A DNA stretch of 64,000 nucleotides from a virus, in IMG/VR virus record IMGVR_UViG_3300033145_000274, positions 32,001 to 96,000 of that record; one strand, written 5' to 3'. Positions within the stretch are counted from its first letter, which is position 1. Each line of letters begins with the position of its first letter. Positions 28,284 through 36,526 of the stretch are shown in pieces. The position numbers and the translations under genes were made by a program. Under the pieces are notes generated by a model. The model ran no database searches, was not told where the DNA came from, and saw nothing but the letters and a program-made list of their open reading frames with translations.

Positions 28284-28769
28284 ATGGACTCACAGACTAT
28301 TGATGTTTACTACAGTGTTCAAAATGGTGGGGATGGCTCGGCCTATCCCGATTTTATGGAAACTCAGAAACTAGCCGAGTGGGACCAAGCACACATGGAT
28401 GAAGGCTGGGGCGAGTCGTGTGATGGTGTATTTAGGTTTCGTGTTCACCCTGGTAGTTATTTAGGTAGTCCTGATGTTATGACCGAACTGGGTTATTTAA
28501 TCGACCACTACCTAGAGGAATACGACTATGAAGGATGGGAACTACTAGATGAATTCATGCAAGATTTCTTTCCCAATGGCCTGCCTGTGTTGGTGGTATT
28601 TCCATCGGATGACCAGGAGTATTATCTTATATGTCGTGCCGATACCAATGAGCAAATAACGAAGAGGTATGCCTATGACTCCAAACTCGAACCAGCACAG
28701 ACTACAGAACTAGGTCGTGCTGTATTGGAAGCTACACTCAATGCCCTAAACAAAGGCCAGGTACAATGA
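28284..28769 (+). CDS. acidic hypothetical protein
   Basis: AAGGAG RBS. Confidence 0.6.
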   Translation: MDSQTIDVYYSVQNGGDGSAYPDFMETQKLAEWDQAHMDEGWGESCDGVFRFRVHPGSYLGSPDVMTELGYLIDHYLEEYDYEGWELLDEFMQDFFPNGLPVLVVFPSDDQEYYLICRADTNEQITKRYAYDSKLEPAQTTELGRAVLEATLNALNKGQVQ

Positions 28770-29200
28770 TAGCATATATGATAATGGACCGTAAAACAAA
28801 CCGCTGGTGGCGACGTGGGGTCGGTGCATCATGGCGTACCAAACAGGAAGAGGGAAGTATATGGAGCAGGACGGGACCTGTTGCCCTAGCCATACGACAT
28901 ATCCAGCGGTGTTCTCCGTCATCTGAGCCAGTGAAGATACAGTTTGTAATGACCACCCCTTTGGATATTGTGGTTTTAGATGGAGAAACATGGATATATG
29001 ACCAGGATTGTGATACGTGGTTGTGGGGTACAGCAAACAATGGCTGCGGTGTGTTTATTTTTGGAAATGATTGGTGTGCTAATATCGTAACACCACATGC
29101 TTATGTTGACGTAGACGCACAAGTGGGACCATGCACAACACGTGATGAGGCCATGACTAAAGCACTAAAACTTTTAAGGGAACTGAAAAATGACGAGTAA
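28766..29200 (+). CDS. Trp-rich hypothetical protein
   Basis: Coupled ORF. Confidence 0.55.
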   Translation: MIAYMIMDRKTNRWWRRGVGASWRTKQEEGSIWSRTGPVALAIRHIQRCSPSSEPVKIQFVMTTPLDIVVLDGETWIYDQDCDTWLWGTANNGCGVFIFGNDWCANIVTPHAYVDVDAQVGPCTTRDEAMTKALKLLRELKNDE

Positions 29201-29477
29201 GACCACGGTCTTTTTGCATGATATGATTACCACCTCTGTATTGATAGTCGTGGTAGTTGGTTCAATACTAACGGGTGCAATGTTTGGCTTTACCAAGGGC
29301 TATACTGATGCAACCCTAGAGGTTCAAACCCAAGCTATGCTCCATGAGTTTGCCGAATGTCCCACGAATGGCGAGTGGAAGAGTAGACACACGGTAGCCT
29401 ATGAGTATCTAGCTACTACCGAAGCTCCTCTATACGCAGAAGATGAACAATGGAACAAACCAGAGCAACCAAACTAA
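29190..29477 (+). CDS. membrane-anchored hypothetical protein
   Basis: N-terminal TM helix. Confidence 0.5.
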   Translation: MTSKTTVFLHDMITTSVLIVVVVGSILTGAMFGFTKGYTDATLEVQTQAMLHEFAECPTNGEWKSRHTVAYEYLATTEAPLYAEDEQWNKPEQPN

Positions 29478-29686
29478 CACAGTGGCATGTCGTCTATATA
29501 CACCCAATCCATCACGATGGCGGCGTATGGAAGGTCATGGCGTCTTCAGCAGATGATACACTGCACAAGTTCAGGACTTGGGTAGGTTGGAGTACCCACA
29601 GGCATCGTTGGGTACCACGTAAAGCCCGTGTGGTGTGCTGTACACAAGACTATGCATGGGCGTGTGTTCAATTACTAACAGGATGA

Positions 29687-30583
29687 ATGATGATTACCAA
29701 AATGAAACGTTTTGACGGTGGTGAAGGTAACGTATGGAAGTACGTCGTCCATTTTGATAAGCCGACACCAGCCATTGCTGAAGCCGTATTATATCGCTAT
29801 GGTTCCTTCAACGAACGCACGGTTGCGTGTTGTAGCGTGCAAAGCGGTTGTCCGGTCGGTTGTACGTTCTGTGGTACAGGCAAGAAGTTTATTCGCAATC
29901 TGTCTACTAGTGAGATAGTGCAGCAAGTCATTGAGGTTTTCAAAGACCAGGGCATTGCTGATATTAACGACAACTGCGCCAAGCTACAGATTATGTTCAT
30001 GTCTATGGGTGAGCCGTTTCTGAATTACAACAGCGTGAGCCTAGCCATAGAACAACTGCATGATTTGTATCCCAATGCCGAACTCCTGGTATCAACCATA
30101 GCTCCTATGAAACCCATGAACTTGAACGATTTCATCACTTTGTCTAAGCGATGCTCCAAGGTTGGCCTACAGTTTTCCATTCATGCGTCCGATGATACAA
30201 AACGTAACGCACTAATTCCTTACAACAAGTTGTCGCTAGTTGAACTGAGGAATTATGGAACACAGTGGTGGCATAAGACTGGGAGGAAGCCGTATATCAA
30301 TTACTGTGTTACCGAAGACTTTAATTACTACGACATGCGGCGCCTGCATCAGTTATTTCCCACCAATGTGTTCAACGTAACACTATCGGTGTTATGTTCT
30401 ACAGAGGAAACCATGAAAGAGGCTGGTTATCGTGACATACAACGTATTCGTTGGATTGCCGACGAGTTTATGTCGTTAGGATACAATGTGCGTGTGTTTG
30501 ACCCCGCTGGACAAGACGACATAGGTGGTGGTTGCGGCCAATTGTGGTATGTTCAACAACATCTACTAAGGAGCCAAGTATGA
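29687..30583 (+). CDS. rlmN: RlmN/Cfr-family radical SAM RNA methyltransferase
   Basis: CSVQSGCPVGCTFC, FMSMGEPF, FSIHA, C-terminal DIGGGCGQL catalytic Cys. Confidence 0.8.
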   Translation: MMITKMKRFDGGEGNVWKYVVHFDKPTPAIAEAVLYRYGSFNERTVACCSVQSGCPVGCTFCGTGKKFIRNLSTSEIVQQVIEVFKDQGIADINDNCAKLQIMFMSMGEPFLNYNSVSLAIEQLHDLYPNAELLVSTIAPMKPMNLNDFITLSKRCSKVGLQFSIHASDDTKRNALIPYNKLSLVELRNYGTQWWHKTGRKPYINYCVTEDFNYYDMRRLHQLFPTNVFNVTLSVLCSTEETMKEAGYRDIQRIRWIADEFMSLGYNVRVFDPAGQDDIGGGCGQLWYVQQHLLRSQV

Positions 30584-31239
30584 AAGACATGACTATTACG
30601 GCTGGTCCAGGTGATAAAGTTCGATTCTTCTTCATTGACGCAGGGCGTGATGATGATATCGAACACGCCATAAGCCACAATTTACAGTTTGATAAGGTGT
30701 ATACCATTACACGTGTTGTGGTACATAAATACACTACGCGCGTATGGCTTGATGGTATATCAACGCCCGTTGGCTTCAATAGCGTGTTGTTTGTTGATGA
30801 ACAAATTGACCGTGTTGCCTCTGCCGCTCGTCGGGCATACTACACAGACCAGGAACGTCGCACCGGCCTACCGTATGATACCGATAAGATAAACATCAAA
30901 GATACAATTTATGGTATTCGCGCCCTGGTGAAAGGCATCATATTTAATGACCCAATGTATGATGTACGAGATAACGAATCATATGACATTGGCATTATGC
31001 TGATGTCGGCTCTGGTCGTTGGTCCATATTTACCAGCCCTTATTGAATTTACTGACCTGCTAGCAGAAGACCTGGCGTATTACTTTCACATGGCCATGCA
31101 GTTCAATATATTTACGGATGATGATAAGATTGCATGTGCGTGGTTTGAGAGGGACGGCGCTATGGCTTTTCTAAGCGACATATGGTGTATCCAAGGTGTC
31201 CCACACAAACAATTGAGAAACGGAGGCGTAGTATTATGA
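30580..31239 (+). CDS. hypothetical protein
   Basis: Coupled ORF. Confidence 0.55.
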   Translation: MKDMTITAGPGDKVRFFFIDAGRDDDIEHAISHNLQFDKVYTITRVVVHKYTTRVWLDGISTPVGFNSVLFVDEQIDRVASAARRAYYTDQERRTGLPYDTDKINIKDTIYGIRALVKGIIFNDPMYDVRDNESYDIGIMLMSALVVGPYLPALIEFTDLLAEDLAYYFHMAMQFNIFTDDDKIACAWFERDGAMAFLSDIWCIQGVPHKQLRNGGVVL

Positions 31240-31487
31240 AAATACGAAACGGTTTCGTAAGCAACAGCAGTAGTAGTAGCTTTATTGTTACAGATAAGAA
31301 TCACCCATTGTGGTACTTTCTGATGGCGTTAAGCAAGGCAGGCTGTGCTGACTTTACTATTGATGAGCACAGAGTTGACGACACATGTGATAATGGAGTA
31401 TGGTTGGCTATTGGGCAGTTCAATGAGTTGGCTAACCGAAGCTTCGATTATACCGAGTTTCTCACACAAACTTCATTTAATGGGTAA
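31236..31487 (+). CDS. FVSNSS-motif protein 1
   Basis: MKIRNGFVSNSSSSSF. Confidence 0.7.
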   Translation: MKIRNGFVSNSSSSSFIVTDKNHPLWYFLMALSKAGCADFTIDEHRVDDTCDNGVWLAIGQFNELANRSFDYTEFLTQTSFNG

Positions 31488-31568
31488 TGATATGAAGCGA
31501 ACAAGAGCACGAAGATGAATCGTCGGACGTAGTTACTAACATGACAGTAATTTTAGAGGAGATAAACG

Positions 31569-32699
31569 ATGAGTAAAATAGTTGTTAAAGTCTGTAAAAT
31601 AGACGAAATCATACCGCATGGCAATGCCGATGCGTTAGAAGTAGCTTGTGTTGGTGCATGGACAACCTGTGTCAAGAAGGATGTATTTGCCGCAGGTGAC
31701 CTGGTGGTCTTTATTCCTCCCGATGCTATTCTTCCAAAAGAATTACATGAGCATTTGGGTATCACTCAGTATTGTGGTGAAATGCCGCAGAGTAGTGGAG
31801 AAGCTGAGCAAGGAAAGAGACGTGTGCGAGCTACACGTTTGAGGGGAGTGCGGTCGTTCGGTACTCTAATGACCATAGCTGATGTAGTAGAATACTTCAG
31901 GTCGGTACATGGTCATCCTCCTTCTCATTGTTATCCTTTTATGGAGGGCAACGAACTTTCTGTGTTGCTTGGCATCACCAAATATGAACCACCAGAGAAG
32001 ATTCGCCAGGGTGACCAAATGACCCCACATGCCTTGTTTCATAAGTACACAGACATAGAACGATATCAAAACTTTCCTTCCTTGCTTAAAGAAGGTGAGG
32101 AAGTGGTTATTTTGGAGAAAATCCATGGAACCAATTGTCGTGTTGGTCTGGTGATGACCGATGTGGGTCTTACGTTCATGGCTGGTTCACACAATACACG
32201 TCGCAAAGCAGTGGATACCATAGGTCACAATTCGCTTTATTGGAAACCACTTGACGAATCTATTGCAGACATGAAGGGCTTATTGGAATATGAGCAGCAT
32301 GAGCGAGAAGCCGTGTCTATCATAGTGTTCTGTGAAATTTATGGTCCTGGCATTCAGGATATGCAATACGCCGGATATTTAGCATACCGAGTATTTGATA
32401 TTGCTGTCAATGGTGAATATCTAAACTGGGATGATGTAGAGCGCATCTGTAAGGCTCATGCCGTTCCAACAGTGCCGGTACTCTATCAAGGTCCATTTAG
32501 TGAAGAGGTATTGATGGAACATACTGATGGCAATACTCAAGTATGCGAAGCCGTTACTGGTAAGTTCAAGGGTCGCGAAGGGTGTGTCGTAAAGCCCATT
32601 GTTGAACGACAGGATTTTGACATACCAAGTGGTCGAGTTATTCTCAAGAGTGTGGGTGCGGATTATCTCAACAGGAAAGGTGGTACGGATAACGCATGA
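31569..32699 (+). CDS. ATP-dependent RNA ligase, DRB0094/Rnl2-like, with N-terminal OB domain
   Basis: IIPHGNADALEVA, motif I EKIHGTN, CEIYG, FDI, EGCVVKP, ILKSV. Confidence 0.85.
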   Translation: MSKIVVKVCKIDEIIPHGNADALEVACVGAWTTCVKKDVFAAGDLVVFIPPDAILPKELHEHLGITQYCGEMPQSSGEAEQGKRRVRATRLRGVRSFGTLMTIADVVEYFRSVHGHPPSHCYPFMEGNELSVLLGITKYEPPEKIRQGDQMTPHALFHKYTDIERYQNFPSLLKEGEEVVILEKIHGTNCRVGLVMTDVGLTFMAGSHNTRRKAVDTIGHNSLYWKPLDESIADMKGLLEYEQHEREAVSIIVFCEIYGPGIQDMQYAGYLAYRVFDIAVNGEYLNWDDVERICKAHAVPTVPVLYQGPFSEEVLMEHTDGNTQVCEAVTGKFKGREGCVVKPIVERQDFDIPSGRVILKSVGADYLNRKGGTDNA

Positions 32700-33079
32700 T
32701 GAATCTGTATAACAGGGCTGTATACTGGCCAGATGTAGTGGAGCGTGCTATAAATGAAGTGACTGCCGAAGCTCAGCTTCATCGCTGTTATTATGGCGAC
32801 CATGCTAAAGCAGAAGCGCAACAAGACCGTTTTGGTCGTATCGTGTTGCCGTTACATTTGCCCGTGGTAAGTGAGGATATATTTGAAGCAGAACTCACTG
32901 GTGGGGGTAGGTTACATAAATTCCTGACGCGAATACCCCTAGACCAAAGTCGAGATATTGTTATGGTGTTAGTGCCACGTGGACCTGGTCACCTGTTTTG
33001 TAAGACCGTGTGGATAAATCATACGTATGACCACCACCAGACTCTCAAGCGCGAGCACTATATTCAAGAACCGGCTTGA
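32696..33079 (+). CDS. hypothetical protein
   Basis: Coupled ORF. Confidence 0.55.
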   Translation: MMNLYNRAVYWPDVVERAINEVTAEAQLHRCYYGDHAKAEAQQDRFGRIVLPLHLPVVSEDIFEAELTGGGRLHKFLTRIPLDQSRDIVMVLVPRGPGHLFCKTVWINHTYDHHQTLKREHYIQEPA

Positions 33080-33103
33080 CAAAGTCGAAAAATATGCTAC
33101 AAT
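33076..33103 (+). promoter_or_regulatory. sigma70-type promoter
   Basis: TTGACA-N16-TACAAT. Confidence 0.7.
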
Positions 33104-33112
33104 GGAGAAGTT

Positions 33113-33538
33113 ATGAAACAACGAAACGGTTTTGTTAGCAACTCGTCATCGGCTGCTTATGTCCTTAGCAAAGATGTATACCCAACTATTTGGGACGTGG
33201 CTATCGTCATGCTAACCACAAGAGACGTGGACCATGACGAGACACTTGGCAAGGACCATGGTTTCGACGATGGTGAATTGGAACGTGCAGTACGTAACTT
33301 AGATACGGGTGTCAATGCAACAGCCATTACATTCTCAACGTGTAACTTTGCAACATACATTTGGGACGCAGGAGATTCGTGGTGGGTAAGTACCTGTACT
33401 AATCATCCATTCTATCAACTGTTTTGTGATGACGGGGCGTTTACATCAACTACTGTGCCATCACCATATGTAGATTACGACGTAATGGGTTTTATCGAGT
33501 TCAAACTAGAAGACTATTGGGACTTTGTTGAGGTTTAA
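33113..33538 (+). CDS. FVSNSS-motif protein 2
   Basis: MKQRNGFVSNSSSAAY. Confidence 0.7.
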   Translation: MKQRNGFVSNSSSAAYVLSKDVYPTIWDVAIVMLTTRDVDHDETLGKDHGFDDGELERAVRNLDTGVNATAITFSTCNFATYIWDAGDSWWVSTCTNHPFYQLFCDDGAFTSTTVPSPYVDYDVMGFIEFKLEDYWDFVEV

Positions 33539-33540
33539 TC

Positions 33541-33939
33541 ATGCGTACACGACACGGTTTTGTAAGTAACTCATCTGTCACCAGTTTCATTATTGGTATC
33601 AAACGGGTAGCCGAGGTATGTCCCAGTTGTGGGCGTGGTGGTGAAGACTTGCTAAAGATATTAGATAGACACAACCATGAAGAAACAACGATGGAGTGGT
33701 CGGATGTTGATGCACACATTGCACAGCTACGTGCTAACATTAAACATTGCAGGTGGCAGGGCTGGGTTGATGAGGCTAACGCATACCAGCAGACAGTAGA
33801 TATGTTAGTTGAAGCTCAACAGCGTGATTTTCTTCAAATCATAGGTGTAGACATAAGTCATCACGACCCAGTCATGGATAAAACACTTGATGACATGAAG
33901 CGCAGTGGTGATATTACAATTCTACAAGGAGACGAGTGA
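33541..33939 (+). CDS. FVSNSS-motif protein 3
   Basis: MRTRHGFVSNSSVTSF, CPSC. Confidence 0.7.
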   Translation: MRTRHGFVSNSSVTSFIIGIKRVAEVCPSCGRGGEDLLKILDRHNHEETTMEWSDVDAHIAQLRANIKHCRWQGWVDEANAYQQTVDMLVEAQQRDFLQIIGVDISHHDPVMDKTLDDMKRSGDITILQGDE

Positions 33940-35039
33940 TGATGTATCCATATATGATACAGGATGATGAGCAGGTTAAAAACCTATGTAGCCCTGACTA
34001 CTCGTTTCATTTCAACAAGCAAACCGGCTTCTTTGCCAGGTGGGGTAAAACCATTAACAAAGCCGATGACCCACAATGGAGTCCGTATGGTCCCGAGATT
34101 CTTGATTTAGAAATTTCTACTGGAGAATGTAAGGGGCGATGTAAGTTCTGTTACAAAGAGAACGGGCAGCCAAAGGCTGCAACCCAACACATGACGTTTG
34201 CTACATTCAAAGATATTCTGAGTAGAATGCCACCCACCTTGACGCAGATAGCATTAGGAATTACTGACGTAAAAGGTAATCCAGATTTCTTTAGAATCAT
34301 GAGACATACTCGTGAGCAAGGAATCATCCCTAATTACACGACACATGGGCTAGATATGGACACATACGATGCAGACTTGACTGCTGAACTGTGTGGTGCA
34401 ACGGCGGTTTCGATTGTTAATAAAGAAAAGGCATACGATACCATAAAGATGCTCACTGACCGTGGTATGGACCAGGTTAATATCCATTGGATGTTATCAG
34501 CCGAACGTATTGACGCCGCTATGGCATTGATAGATGACATTAAAAGCGACCCTAGATTGGCGAAGCTCAATGCGGTTGTTTTTCTGCAATATAAACCTAA
34601 GGGTAGTAACGCTGACTCATTCAGTACGCCGTCTATGACGCGCTTCAAAGAACTGATTGAATACTGTGACGAACATGAGGTTAGGTATGGCTTTGACAGT
34701 TGTACTGCACCAATGTACATGCGTGCCATCCAGGGACATCCCGATGCCGAACAATTAGAACAGTGTGTTGAGCCTTGTGAGAGCGGGTTGTTTTCGTCGT
34801 ACATCAATGTTAATGGCGATTTCTTTGCTTGCTCATTTTGTGAAGGCGAAGCCGGTTGGACTGAGGGTATCAGCGTATTGGATTATGACAACTTTGTGGA
34901 CCTGTGGCGTTTGCCGCGACTGGATGAGTGGAGAAAAATCCTACTCGCCAATCAACGCGCTTGTCCCATGTATGTACTAGGAGATGGTTCCAGTGGAAAA
35001 CTATACGGTGTGGCGTTATCCGATAAAGCTAACGTCTAA
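33936..35039 (+). CDS. radical SAM protein with SPASM/twitch domain
   Basis: CKGRCKFC; C-terminal CESGLFSSYINVNGDFFACSFC...CPMY. Confidence 0.85.
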   Translation: MMMYPYMIQDDEQVKNLCSPDYSFHFNKQTGFFARWGKTINKADDPQWSPYGPEILDLEISTGECKGRCKFCYKENGQPKAATQHMTFATFKDILSRMPPTLTQIALGITDVKGNPDFFRIMRHTREQGIIPNYTTHGLDMDTYDADLTAELCGATAVSIVNKEKAYDTIKMLTDRGMDQVNIHWMLSAERIDAAMALIDDIKSDPRLAKLNAVVFLQYKPKGSNADSFSTPSMTRFKELIEYCDEHEVRYGFDSCTAPMYMRAIQGHPDAEQLEQCVEPCESGLFSSYINVNGDFFACSFCEGEAGWTEGISVLDYDNFVDLWRLPRLDEWRKILLANQRACPMYVLGDGSSGKLYGVALSDKANV

Positions 35040-35319
35040 GATTGCACGCGCACAGAAATCCGTAATGCTTAAAGTGCCAACCGGTGCAAAGCTGTTGTCT
35101 GTGGGATTAACTCCATGGCAATACAACGCAGTCCAACTATGGTTCATGGTAAATTCAGAAGTAACATCAACCACATTTGTGGAAGTGTTGATTATGGAAA
35201 CTGGCGTGGCCATGGTATCAAAAGAAATGATGGAGCGATTGACGTTTGTGGGGACAGTAACAACCGTTGCTAAAAAGGTGTATCACGTGTTTACCGTATG
35301 TACAGAAGAAAGAATATGA
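34984..35319 (+). CDS. hypothetical protein
   Basis: ORF between rSAM and motif protein 4. Confidence 0.5.
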   Translation: MVPVENYTVWRYPIKLTSKIARAQKSVMLKVPTGAKLLSVGLTPWQYNAVQLWFMVNSEVTSTTFVEVLIMETGVAMVSKEMMERLTFVGTVTTVAKKVYHVFTVCTEERI

Positions 35320-35768
35320 TGAAAATACGACATGGCTTCGTAAGCAATAGCAGTAGCAGTGGATTTGTGGTGCGCATGTGTGGTTGGTTGACCACGAAAG
35401 AACGTTTTCTTACACCTGAGCAAGAAAGCATGTTACGTGAATATGGTTTTCAGCCCTCAAGATATTCGTATGCTAGTCAAGTAGAAGCGTCGCAGGGAGA
35501 TGCTAAAGCCCCGACGCCATTGGATAGCGATGCACTGTTCTATTATGTAGTGTGTAATGAGCAAAGCGTAATAGCGTGGTTGGTTAAAAATCGTATTCCG
35601 TTTCACGCCTCGACACACTACAGTCATCAGACTATCATATATGATGGCAAGGGTACAAAGATTACCGAGATTCCTAACTATGGACTGTTAGCTGAAATGC
35701 ATGGCATAGAGCACTTAACCGAAGAGTTTCCAGACAAAGACCTTAACATAGAAAGTTATGAACCATGA
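35316..35768 (+). CDS. FVSNSS-motif protein 4
   Basis: MMKIRHGFVSNSSSSGF. Confidence 0.7.
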   Translation: MMKIRHGFVSNSSSSGFVVRMCGWLTTKERFLTPEQESMLREYGFQPSRYSYASQVEASQGDAKAPTPLDSDALFYYVVCNEQSVIAWLVKNRIPFHASTHYSHQTIIYDGKGTKITEIPNYGLLAEMHGIEHLTEEFPDKDLNIESYEP

Positions 35769-36040
35769 AAGCATTAGTAAAGTATGTGCGTGGCAGTAAG
35801 AACAGTCGAGTCGGTGTTGTTGTGGCCATTGGCCGAGGTCAGGTCGGTTGGAGCCGGTGTAATAATCGCCTGGATACCTTCGACAAACAACGTGGACTAG
35901 TTATCGCCATGGGCAGAGCAGGTGCGTATTGCAATGTCGCCATGACTGCCTTGGAGACCATACCTTCCAGCATGAGAGATGCTGTTATGGACATGCACAA
36001 TAGGTCTCAACGTTACTACAAAGAAGGAGCACAGTCGTGA
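35765..36040 (+). CDS. hypothetical protein
   Basis: Coupled ORF. Confidence 0.55.
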   Translation: MKALVKYVRGSKNSRVGVVVAIGRGQVGWSRCNNRLDTFDKQRGLVIAMGRAGAYCNVAMTALETIPSSMRDAVMDMHNRSQRYYKEGAQS

Positions 36041-36447
36041 AAATTCGCCATGGTTTCGTAAGCAATAGTAGCTCCAATAGCTTCACATGTGATATCAGTG
36101 GTCGTACCAAATCGGGTTGGGACTTCAGCCTAGACGATGCTGATATGTATATCTGTGAAAAGGGTCATGTTATGTGTGGGCATTACGTACGTGACTTCAT
36201 TACGGACTTAGTAGCCAAGGGTGATGTTGACGCTGTTATACAAAGCATTGAAGGACTACGTATCGTGCCAACCAGCATGTGTCCCATATGTCAACTCAAG
36301 TATATATCGGAGGAGAATATACTGCGCTACCTATGTGCGCGTCGGGGCCAAACATATGATGAAGTGCGCCAGGCCATTGGAGATGATTACGGTGATGCGC
36401 CCGAGGAATTTTACGAGTTTATCGACATTGTTGAAAAACGGCCTTGA
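36037..36447 (+). CDS. FVSNSS-motif protein 5 (Cys-rich)
   Basis: MKIRHGFVSNSSSNSFTC...CEKGHVMC...CPIC. Confidence 0.7.
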   Translation: MKIRHGFVSNSSSNSFTCDISGRTKSGWDFSLDDADMYICEKGHVMCGHYVRDFITDLVAKGDVDAVIQSIEGLRIVPTSMCPICQLKYISEENILRYLCARRGQTYDEVRQAIGDDYGDAPEEFYEFIDIVEKRP

Positions 36448-36472
36448 CAAAATTCAAGTCGTATGCTAGAAT
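36444..36472 (+). promoter_or_regulatory. sigma70-type promoter
   Basis: TTGACA-N17-TAGAAT. Confidence 0.7.
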
Positions 36473-36526
36473 GGTCGATAACACGGGTGAGCACTAACTT
36501 TCAAACTTTTGTTGAAGGACACAAGA

